Shown: piece after piece, positions 49,705-60,000 of the stretch
How positions within the stretch are numbered: position 1 is the first letter of the stretch
Layout of the letters: each line of letters begins with the position of its first letter
Assembly: GCA_013239625.1 (NCBI GenBank)
Contig: MU053652.1
Span: 4,765,902 to 4,825,901 of the forward strand
Source of the DNA: Lama guanicoe
Taxonomy: Eukaryota
Reading direction: 5' to 3'
Length of the DNA: 60,000 bases
Program-made: the position numbers and the translations under genes
Notes under the pieces: model-generated
What the model was told of the DNA's origin: nothing
The model's database searches: none
What the model saw: only the letters and a program-made list of their open reading frames with translations

Positions 49705-50870
49705 AATCAATACAATTCCTTAAGTAATATATAAAAATTTTAAAGGACACAGTTATAATATAGGAATATGTATTTCAACACATAGATGTTCAAACAGGAT
49801 GCTGCACAACAGAATAAAATTGTGAGATGCTTGCATCTATGTGTAGAAGCAGCAAGAATGCGACAGGTGCAAATGCCGATGGATACAGGTATGGTGTGTC
49901 AATGGCTCAATTACGGTGAGAGCTTTGCCCTTAGAGAGGTTGGTGAAGTTCTGAAGTACAATCTCTCCTCAAACATCCCTAGCAAAGTCAACAGTGTTTA
50001 TATGTAGATCAGGGTTCAAAGATAATTATGAACAGGTTTCCACTGCTTGGCAAGGCATTTGAAAGCCATGGGACATGTGGGACAAGCCTTTTCTATGCAA
50101 GACAGTCTGGTGCATTACTACTAAATGTTAGTAGCATTGCTCTAATCACTGTGATAATCAAAAAACCCCCTCCCCCCATATTACCAAAATGCCCCCCGGG
50201 GGTCACTGCTGCCAAACCCTTGGGCTGGATGATTGCCACGGTTCCCTCTAGCCTTTTTAGGATTCTCTGATTCCTTCAGGAGCTGAAGAAAGTCAGCAGG
50301 AGGGGAGGTGCGTCTGACATTTCTGTCTCTAGAGCCATCAGGGCCGGTGGACCCAGAACAGCCTCTGCTTCATCCATCTGTGGGGGCTTCCACTCTCCAA
50401 ACAGATCTCACTCAGCCAAGATACTGGCAGCCCCAATACCCCCCACTCCCATGAAGTAGGATCACTGAATGGGTGATGCGCCTGCATTTGACCTTCATGA
50501 GAAGGGCAGCAAAACTTGATCCTGAAAATGATGGCACTGACAGGGTTCTTCACAGCACCCTGGGTACCCTTGCTTACTTGCCCTTTAGGCTAACTATTCT
50601 CAAACCTAAAGGAAAACAGCCCTGTTTATTCTCCTCACCTCACTGGGCCACTGTGGCTGGGAAAAAATGCAATGCTGAGGCCACTGCAGACATGGGTCTC
50701 CCACCTGGCTGGCGCTGCCTCTTCTCTCTCGTTCCCCAGGACCTCTTGTGGTTCCTGAGGCTGCCCAGCCCACTACTTCCTCCCAGCTGTCCACAGATGA
50801 CCTGCCCCTGGCCAGAGAGCACAGAGATTGATGGAAACTACTTTCACATCCTCTCCTCCCCAAGATGGAT

Positions 50871-50917
50871 TCCCCTCTCTCTGTTCTGAATCCCCTCTCT
50901 CTGTTCTGAATCCCCTC
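50871..50917. repeat. 20-bp tandem duplication (tcccctctctctgttctgaa)x2.3
   Basis: Directly visible. Confidence 0.95.
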
Positions 50918-50989
50918 CTCCCAAGCACCTCTGAGACATGAGCTGGAGGATAGAGATCCTCTCTACCTCTGTGTCTTCAACCACTTTTG

Positions 50990-52300
50990 ACTCTTTCTTC
51001 TCAGCTCAGAAACAGGCTTATCTTCTCCAATCTAAACAGGAAACAGAAACCCTTTTGTCTTACTTCTGTTTTAAACTTCCACTCCATCTCCCCCTCTCTT
51101 CCCACCAGCACTGGAGATTAATCTACACTCTCTGTGTCCACTTTCTCAGTACCCTGGACCCACTGTAGTCTAGCCCCTCTCCGCACACACCATTGCAACC
51201 ACTGGGCCACTGATGACCTAATTATCAAATCCAGTTTTCAGTCTTCATCTCCAAAATTCTCCTCAGCATTTTACTCCATGAACTACACTCTTTTTCCTGA
51301 ATGTCTCTTTTAATTTTCAGGCATCCTCTATCTCAGAGTTCTTTTTCCTTTTCTGACCCATTCCTGCCAGCCTGTCTTCACTGGATCCTTCCCACTTCTC
51401 CACCCTCCTTCCCGTCCCCCTTCTTTTTTCCTCCTCCAATCTCCCCTTAAATAGTAAGGCCCCAGTATTCTATCCCTCCCTCTTCCCTTCCCTCTTTAAA
51501 TTATCTCACTTACTCCTACGGGTCCAACCACCCTTGGATGCTGTTGACTCTCAGATCTCCAACCAGCCTCAACCTCTCTCCTTAGCTCCAGTCCCGAGCA
51601 CACAGCTGCCTTGCAGCCTGTCCGAAGTTGCTCTTCCCCCGGGTTCTTAGTCCCACTGAATGGTGCCTTTTCCACCTAGTTGCCTAAACTCCACACTCAA
51701 GATTCATGCTCAACTTCCCTCACTTCAATGCCATAAGCAATCTGCCCCTCGGTCCTGCAGATCCTTCCTTAAGACCGTCTCCCAAGCCTGGCCCTCTTCT
51801 CCATCCCCTCTGCCACCGCTTCCTTCTAAGAGTCCCAGTTGGTCTCCACAGCCACCAGGTTCCCTCCATTCCAGTCCTTCTACTTAATCTTTCCTAGTTC
51901 TCTTTAGAAGCCCAATCTGAGTCATGACTTTCTTCTCTATTTTATCTAAAGCCTCATTGTCCACAGCTAAAGCCGAGGCTCCTTGGAGGGGCACAGAACA
52001 CCCTTCTCCATCCTGCCCGCCCAATTCTACAGCAGCCATCCTGAGCCTCTATGACCCTGAACACACCTGCCCTGTAAGACGATCCCTTTGCTCTGCAGAG
52101 AGAGAGCACCATTCCTTGCTCTCTCTCACACAGTGTGTCTTTTCCACTTCTATGGGCGTTGGCACTGCCCTCATGTTCTGACAGCTATGCTCTCCTTGCA
52201 CCCCTAGCCTTATTCATCTTTGAATAAGCAGCGCCCAGCATGGTGCTAGTATACAGCCAGCACTCTGTGATTATTAGTATAATGACTGAATAAATGAATG
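50990..52300 (+). mobile_element. LINE-2 fragment
   Basis: actgatgacctaattatcaaatccag...cagcattttact...gactctcagatctcc...ending gcccagcatggtgcta...tgaataaatgaatga. Confidence 0.72.
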
Positions 52301-52359
52301 AGCAGATGGGTTGATTAAAAAATTATGCCCTCGTCTGCCTCTTCATCACATCATCCCCT

Positions 52360-52892
52360 AGGCCAAATTTGAATATGCATACTAATCACCTGGAAATCTT
52401 GTTAAAATGCAGATTCTGATTCAGCAGGTCCAGAGTGGGGCCTGAGATTCCGCATTTCTAACAAGCTCCCAGGTGATTCTGATTCTGCTGTCAGCCGACC
52501 ACACTTAGAGGAGCCAGGCCCTACCCCACGCCAATGATTTCCAAACCTGCCAAATATTAGAATCATTTGGAAAGCTTTTAAAAATCCTGATGCCCAGGGT
52601 GCACGCCACACTAAATCCGAATATCTGGGGGAAGAAGCCAGGGGGCAGTATTTTTAAGGATCCCCAGATGACTCCAGAGTGCAGTAAAGTCGAGGAACTC
52701 CTCTCTGGGCGTCCCTGACTCCGCCGAGGATGATGCTCGGCCTCCAATGTCCATTAGACTCACCTAGGGAGTTTTTCACACCCGCTGATACCTTGGCACC
52801 TCCCAATTAAATCAGAATCTCTGGGGTTTGAACCTGACTGTTTTTAATGCCCCCATGATTCTAATATGCAGCCAGGGTTGCAAGCCCCGTTG
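52360..52892. mobile_element. cluster of three adjacent MER5-family hAT MITEs
   Basis: aatcacctggaaatcttgttaaaatgcagattctgattcagcaggtc (52360-52522); ttagaatcatttggaaagcttttaaaaatcctgatgcccagg (52531-52705); caattaaatcagaatctctgggg...gattctaatatgcagccagggttg (52728-52892). Confidence 0.82.
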
Positions 52893-53654
52893 TTTTTAGG
52901 CACTGGCTCTGAGGAATGGCTGCAGATCTGAGGGATCAGGAGTCCAGGATACAGAGTCAGTGTGAAGTCAGACCCCAGTCTTGGATCTCCAGGTATGGGC
53001 TGTGTAATCTTGAAGAAGTTAATTTAGCCTCATCATTAAAATGAGATTAAAAATACACACCCTCCTTACCCAATTTTAACAGAGTCTCGTGGAATAGAAT
53101 AAGAAATGGAAACAGAAAAAGTGCCCCCACAAGAGCCTGTCTTCACCTCCCTAATAGGCGGTCACTTGTGTCCACACCTACCAGGTTGGCTTCACAGGCC
53201 CATCGCTGGGAGAAGTCTGTGTCAGGAATGAGCTCCCAGCTGCAGGCCCAGCTAGGGAGCAGATGGTTCAGTAGCAGCCCAGGCCACCAGAGGGGAAGTC
53301 ACGAGGACTTGCATCCGCAGGCAGATTGAGAGGTGGAATCAGACACAACCCCTGCAAAGCATTCTGGCCTGTGGCCTGGAGGCTGCACAGTGGGCTGGTT
53401 GGCCCAGGCAGGGACAGGGCACACCTGCTGTTCTCTGCACACACCGCAGCGCGGCCACCTGACCCATAGCAAGGAGCCTGTGGGTTTGCACCAGACGCCT
53501 CTCTTACGAGCTGTCTCTGCAAATCTGTACTGGTATGAGATGAAGACAAAAAAAGTCGGGTTCAAGACCGGCCTCCCACCCCACTGCCCCTGGCTCTCTG
53601 AGCTTGAACTCAACTTCCTCAGCTGCTGTTATCATTATTTTCTATTTTATCAGC

Positions 53655-53663
53655 ATCATATAA

Positions 53664-53711
<48 letters not shown>

Positions 53712-53736
53712 CATATAAATATATATATATATGTAT
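53655..53736. repeat. compound (TA)n(TG)n(TA)n microsatellite
   Basis: (TG)~15 flanked by two copies of atcatataaatatatatata. Confidence 0.95.
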
Positions 53737-53849
53737 AAGGCCCTGGACCAACCTGCCACATTCCTGTCTCTGGAAGCAGCAGAAACCCAGAGTCACAAGG
53801 TATGAAGAAAGGCTGGGAACAGGGTCCCAGATACCAGAGAATCTTGACA

Positions 53850-53922
53850 TTGTCTGTATTTATCTGAAACTAAAATGGACACTAGGCATCCTGCATATTT
53901 ATCTGATAAATCCAGCAACCCT
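53850..53922. mobile_element. MER53-like hAT half element
   Basis: tttatctgaaactaaaat...ggcatcctgcatatttat...taaatccagcaaccct. Confidence 0.6.
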
Positions 53923-54819
53923 CCAGTAAGGGCAGGAGGAGTTAAAAGGAACAGCAAGCGCTGCTGCGAGACAGGCCTGCATGGGGGGCCTGTCTGTCTG
54001 AGCTGAGTCTGGGCTGCAGGCTTCAGGGCTCTAAAAACCAGCCAGCTTTCTTTTTTGGTTTTCTTGAAAATCAAATTACACAAACTCTTCTGTCCCTAGA
54101 GCATCTTCTGGAAATAGGTCTGTTCTGGAAAGAGCCCAGCCAATTCCCTGAGGCACATGAGACCTTGGCTGGGCTAAGGGCTGGGGGAGGGTCTTGATTC
54201 ACACTCCCAGCATCCCAGCATGTATTCACCCCAAGGCACTAAGTCACTGTGACTCTCTCCAACTCTGAGGGAACGAAAAAGCCCTCCTGCTACCTGCCTT
54301 CAAATACCTGTACCCACAGGGATCCGGCCTGGCATTCCACAGTTAGAGTCTTTGAGGGTCACAGCACAACAAACCTGAAAGAGCTTTTGAATTCAATCAA
54401 CCCCCTCTGGTTGTTGTTAAGAACTCTGAGCCCAGAGGAGGACACGTTTGCCCAAAGCCACACAGAGAGTGGGGAGCTGGGCTGAGAGCCAGGTGTCTCC
54501 ATCCTTGTGGTCAGTCTAACCCCACACCTTGTCCCCACCCTGATCATCAGAATAGAAACACCAATGACTTTGTGTGCAAATCCACTCCTCAGCTCCACAG
54601 TCTAGGCTCAAGAGGAGCCAAAGAGGGCCTTTGGTTCTCTCTAGTTACAACCCAACTAGAAGCAAAGCTGCAGAGAATCCTGCTCTGAAAAGGAAAAGGG
54701 CTTTCCCGGGGCATCTGGAGATGGTGGGGTTGCCCTGGGGCCAGCCCTGCTCACTGTGCCTACTTTGAGAAGTAGCTGTAGTTTGTAGGTGTTCTCACGG
54801 ATGGACAGCACAAGAGAGA

Positions 54820-54968
54820 GTGAGCTATGGAGTCAGGAGGCCAGGGCACAAAGCCTTATCTGGATGGTCTAGGCTGATTACCCAGCCTCAGTTTCCTCAT
54901 CTGTGAAATGTAACTCCATCACAAGGTGTCACGAAGATGAAATGAGATGGGGCGCAGGACCTGAGGCA
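54820..54968 (+). mobile_element. MIR fragment
   Basis: gagctatggagtcag...agcctcagtttcctcatctgtgaaatg...aagatgaaatgagat. Confidence 0.75.
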
Positions 54969-54969
54969 T

Positions 54970-55479
54970 TGTATTATAAGGCCCAAAATTTCAAGTGCTG
55001 CCGTGACATCTTTGAGTTCCAAAGCCCTAACTGAGAGTTCTCTGCTCTTTCTAGATATGTCTCCCACCCAGCTGGAAAGACTCCCCATTCAGTTCCCACA
55101 GCTGCACCCTGCCTGGTCTTCAACCTAATGGGTTTCACTTCCCTGCCAGGCCAAGAAATTATTCAAATGAGACAATCACAACCTCCCATAAGAATTAGGG
55201 GGCAGCCACCCTCTTGTCACTGCATAGCCTGTACGCAGCCCCTGCTGGCTCGCCCTGTTCTGGAGGGCAGCTCCTGAGTGCAACACCCCCATATGGCCCC
55301 TCATGTGGCCTGGCATGGCACGCAAAGTCCTCCCCGCCAGGCTGTGAGTGCACGTGACTGATAAATTCCTGCCAGTCTCACCTGTCCATTGTCAGGTGTT
55401 GTATGTCCGACCATCTCATACTATCCAGCACAGGGGATTTCTCTTTCACCAACAAAATGACTAGGAAGTGGCCAGAACA
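54970..55479 (+). mobile_element. ERVL solo LTR (MER74-like)
   Basis: TG...CA termini; caccctcttg...cagcccctgctgg...ggctgtgagtgcacgtgactgataaa...tctcacctgtccattgtcaggtgt...tcaccaaca. Confidence 0.75.
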
Positions 55480-58400
55480 TATGGCTTAGTAAGACTGTGG
55501 GGCTCTGACACTCAACAAACCCCCTAAATCCCTATCCTTCTGGGGAGAGGGTCCTCCTTGCATTTCTGAGTGGCGGTGCTTGACTTCCATGCACAGGGAG
55601 TGGCTGAGACCCTGACAACAGAACTTGGCCAGACAGCATTTGGGGAGACGGCATTCTGTGGTCTTCTCATTCTTTCGGGGTCAGCAGCCCTCCATCCACT
55701 GACATGCTTATTTTCACTGTACTCATCAGATAGCGGCTGCCTGTGAGGCACTAGGGCAAATACTATATCTCTGTTTCCATGCTGTGCAGAGAGATGACCA
55801 GTCCAAGGTCACACACACAGGGAAGGTAGGGCTTAATGCCTGCCCCCAACCCACTGTCAGTGCCAATCCTGTGACCAACAGCCTCTGGGGAAGCAGAAGC
55901 ACTGCTTGTGGGGTTGCTCCCCTACGCCAAGGAGACAACTCCCCCACCCCCCGTCTCACTTCTGAGGGCTGCAGAATCCAAAGGCTGGTTGACCTTGGGC
56001 TGAGAGAGGGAAGCTCCGCATAGGGAAGAGAACACCATGACCTTGTCCTAGCTCACTCAGATCTTGTCTTGGGTCACAATGGGCCCAGGGGTCCCACTGA
56101 TGGGCAGTGAGGTGATCCGGAGGCCTCTACATGATTCCTTATAGGAGGCAATACCTCGAGCTTCTTGGCCCTAAGAGTAAACTTTAGGACTATTTCTATT
56201 TAGCCCTCCTGACCTTTGGGGGAATGGGGACTGCCAGTCAGAACCCTGAGCTGGGAATTAGACTTGTGTCACTTTGCCCAGTGTGGAGCTGTTCCTCACA
56301 CATGCTTTTCATTGGGCACCTCTCTAACAGCAGTGAGTCCCTGATTTCTCACTGCTATGATGGGGCTTAGGCTTCCATCCACAGGGAGAGGATGAGGCCA
56401 TGGCCAGGGGGCAGGGAAGTTACCACTGGATGTGGGGTCAGCCTTTTCCATGCTACAAGGCACCTTGAGCCTTCCAGAAACCCAGGTATTTTAGGAGCCA
56501 GCTGTCCTGGACAACTCTGATATCAGATGCTAATATACTTTCAGAATAAGGTACCCTCAGAATAAGTTGACCCTTACACTGTGGGGACCATCCCTGCTTC
56601 AGCTAATCCCCATTATGCAGATGGAGAAAGTGAGGCTCATCCTAAAGACTTGCTTAAATAATCAGCATGGAGCCAGAAGGCCCCTTGTGTGGGGAATGGT
56701 GCTGAATCAGTCCAGCTCCCTGATGAGAACTGATCCAGAAGTGTCTCTGGCCTGTGGTCAAACAAGGACAATCTCAGAGACCTGGGCTCTTCCCCACACC
56801 TGGTGCAATGTCACATGCAGGCTTCTTGCAGGGTGGGGTCCCTCATCTTCTCTGGCTTTCCTCCCCAGGTCCCTACTGTGCACAGAAAAAGACAAGCCAG
56901 GTTCAGACCCATGGGGCAAACATCTTTCTAACTGCCTGACCTTGGCCAGCCTTCTCCTGAGGCCACAGCCAGATGTTACCTAACTGAGCACAGAAGGAAG
57001 CCAGGGAACCAGGGAAGCTTGGAAAGTAGCCAGGAGTGGGACTAGACAGATGGTGGCAACTCTGCTACTCCCAGAGGACCAAATTTTAGCAGCAAAAATC
57101 CTGGGGCACAGGGTAGGGGGCACTGTCCTTTAGTGGAAGCTACATTGCTGTTTGCATGTTTGCCCAACTGCCACCTCCTTAACCAAGTCACACACAGCGC
57201 TGTCATAAAAATTAACTCCTTTGGGAGAACAGCCATTTCCTGACTCCCCTTGAGACTCGTGGAAACTCAGGATCCAGGATTAAGCATCTACCCTGTGAGA
57301 AGGAAGTGTCACTGGACTGGGGTGACTGTCTCTCCTTCCCTTGTCCCTACTCTGGGTTGTTTTTTTTTTTTCTCCCTCTCTCTCTTCACTCTGATAGCTC
57401 AGAAGCAAGCTGAACAATGGCTTCTTCAGAGAAAAGGCCATTTCCTGCTGGCAGTGTGCATGCGTCACCCCAGGTCCCAGAGTTCTGTAAAGAGGCGCAC
57501 CCTCCTCCCTAAGTGCAGACCTCCTCTAGTGCTATAGGTGCACTAGGACAAAGACAACACTTGGATCTGCCCCTGGGCCAGATATAAAAATGTCAGCCTA
57601 ATATCTGCTACCTGAGAGAGGAGACTATCTAGGGAGGAAGAAATGTTCTGATTTCCAGGTAGAGAAAGAAATTCATGGTCCCCAGCTTGCCAAAGGCCTC
57701 TGAAATAGGGTGGGGTAGGATGGAGAAGTGACTTTTCTTTAGCTTCTTCACGCATCACTGAATCAGCTGGTTCATCATGCAGACCCTTTCTGTTCTTCCT
57801 GGAGGGGTTGGGATGACAGTAAGTAGACACCTGAGCAAGGTGGAGAGAGGTGTCTGGGACAATATTCCAGCACCATCTGTGGTGCTTTCATCAGCCAAAG
57901 GAAAGCAGGGGTGGAGAGAGCCACAGGTAGACTGGCTGTGTCTTGGACTCCACTTGGAGTGTGGTAGGGGCTATCTCAGAGGTCTCAGTCCAGCAAGTGT
58001 GGTCTACACAGAGCTCTGCCACCACAAAAATTACTTTTGTGGTCTCTTGGGCAGTTTAGGGCACGGCTCTGATTAGAACTGCAGACATCCTCCATCCAGA
58101 GCCCCAAAGCCGAGAGATGGGTAGGATTCACACCCTCTGCCCCTCTACTAGGTGAGGCCTAGATTTAGGAAAAGAGGAATGAGCGGGGCAGTGAGGATGT
58201 CTGGAAAGGGTAACAGGGGCCACTAATTGTTCTTTGAGAATCCAGAAAATCCTGGATCTTGCCAGTGCCTTCTGAAGGCTAGCTCGCTTTTGGGGGGAAA
58301 GAATCTGGCTTTATCTACTTATTTTAATAAACTGAGGTGAGAAAGGGGAACTTGTGGCGGGGCCTTAGCAGCCTCTGTTCAGGGTCACTACCCCTCAGAG

Positions 58401-59509
58401 GAAGCCAGGCCGCCACGAAGTGACACCTGCCAGTCAGTTTAGGAAATTTCGCAAACTGGTTTTTAGCCTCCAAGCTTCCGGCCTCCGGACATAGGTCCAG
58501 GATGGGGAGGCACGGGCCAGACTTGTGTGTGTTGGGGTGAGGGCAGTGGAGTGGGAGGGTCTAGGGTCGGGTTCAGGAGTTAGAAGCCGAAGAGGCCGGG
58601 TTTGGGGGTGCCCATTCCCAGGCCTGGCGCTCAGCGCGGGGAGGAAAGAGGCGGCACCGGGGCAGGCCTGGAGCTGTCCTCACCCTGGTGCTGAAAACGA
58701 AGAGCTGCAGCCGATCGGGTGGAGAGCAGTTAACGAGACAGCCTTGCCCCGAGTGAGAAGGGGTGGATGGAAAGGGATTCCCTCCTCTTCTACTCACGCT
58801 CCAAGGAGAGAAGGGCACAAATGAGTTGGAGTAAGAAGGCATGTTGAGCTTTGAGAAGTGTTTCCTCCCGAAACAACAGCCAGCTCCGCGAAAGCAGGCC
58901 ACGGCCTAGCTGGGGGTAGGGAGCAATCAGGGACAGCTGCTGCAGATGAGCAGGGAAAAGACCCTGGACCTGGGCTGGCCCCTTGCTGGCTCCCTACACT
59001 CCAGGCAGGTACCCTGGCTACAGGTCAAGGGAGGGTGCATGAGGTGTTCTCACACGTATGGTACTGACACACTTGCACAGCAGACTTCAGTGAGTGCATA
59101 CATACACACCCCATGGACACACGGCGTGCTCCCAGAACAGGCACACACCAAGCACACACGCGCCCTGTACACAGGCACAGCTCCCCCTCCAGGCTGCTGA
59201 GGCTGCCACTCCAGGCTCACATCCCCGTCTGGCCTGGACGTCCTTCCCACTTGGCTTCCTGGCCTCAGATGGCGCCTCCAAGGGAGGCAAAGCCAGTGGG
59301 AGGCCCCAGTTCTAGCCTGCGACCGATAAGGTGCTGGAGAGGGCCAGGGAGGCTAACCCTACGCTCAGAAAGATGGGGGAGATAGAGGAGGGGCTAGGTC
59401 TCAGACACCACTTCTGCTTTCCCCAGACTCCCAGTTAGGGTGCCAGAACACGAGAGGAGTGTGGACAGGAGTGAGTGTGAGTGTCTCCCTCCCCCATGCT
59501 GGGGACACC

Positions 59510-60000
59510 CTGAGAACCAGCGCGTACCTGTGCGTGGTAGGCCCCGCGTGGATCTCCCTCAGCGAGTCCGGACCTGCTGGCTCCTCAGGCTTCCCTGGCT
59601 CCCCTGGATAAAGGTGAGGTGGAAGTGGGGATATCTCACTTGCCCTCTACGCCGCCTCATGTCCGTGGGCAGCAGAGAAACTCCGTCCCGGGCAGCGGGA
59701 AGTTACCCGGGTCCGGGCGCTGGGAGGGAGCGCCCTCTGGTCCCTGGGCTTGGCCGGGGTTCCCGCGCCCCCGCACCCGCCGCCTTCGCCACCTCGTCAG
59801 CGCCCTGTCGCCCGTAGACTGCGCCGAGCCTGAAAGCCGGGAACCCGCCCGCCCTCCCGGAGAGTCTGCTGCTGACCTGCATTGACGTCATTGCGTCATT
59901 AGGTTTCCCCTGGAAACACTGGCGCGCCCAAAATAGTAACACATTAATTCAGGCAGGGGGAGCAGGGAGAGACTGTTTGTAACCCTGCAGCTAACTCTGC
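59510..60000. promoter_or_regulatory. CpG island with CRE / half-CRE / NFAT-like motif cluster (promoter or strong enhancer; probably continues beyond the window)
   Basis: Sharp rise in CpG and GC content from about 59510; TGACGTCA 59883-59890, TTGCGTCA 59891-59898, TTTCCCCTGGAAA 59904-59916, GGCGCGCC 59921-59928, GC-box-like cccgccc. Confidence 0.75.

Larger units (their letters stand above)
48950..50225 (-). mobile_element. hAT-Charlie (MER20B-like) DNA transposon, interrupted by L1
   Basis: ttttttcaaact start; right end tgtgataatcaaaaaacc...ccaaaatgccccccgggg resembles reverse MER20. Confidence 0.5.

Noticed and set aside
53333..53929. Longest ORF (198 aa)
   Set aside because: GTG start, runs through a TA/TG microsatellite and a MER53-like piece; no homology recognised
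59440..59942. ORFs in the CpG island as a first coding exon; assigning a gene name to the island
   Set aside because: Low-complexity GC-driven ORFs; the neighbouring gene cannot be identified from the sequence shown

Overview
Mammalian (eutherian) genomic DNA, most likely a camelid (alpaca/llama/camel), judged from six copies of a tRNA-Ala-derived vic-1-type SINE and young artiodactyl-type L1 3' ends. I recognise no protein-coding exon; the ORF track appears to consist of chance ORFs in repeats and GC-rich DNA. The window is a repeat-rich intergenic (or large intronic) stretch with L1, L2, MIR, MaLR/ERVL/ERV1 solo LTRs and hAT DNA transposons. It ends in a CpG island with a dense CRE / half-CRE / NFAT-like motif cluster. 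The most notable items are (i) a poly(A)-tailed, TSD-flanked retrocopy of an AU-rich, 3'UTR-like sequence nested in an MLT2 LTR, (ii) a poly(A)-tailed, TSD-flanked retrocopy of what looks like an ERV LTR transcript end, (iii) an L1 with a MIR-like replacement 3' end, and (iv) several candidate signal-responsive enhancers. I found no convincing novel multi-gene system. Repeat subfamily names come from recalled consensus sequences, and boundaries of old repeats are approximate.
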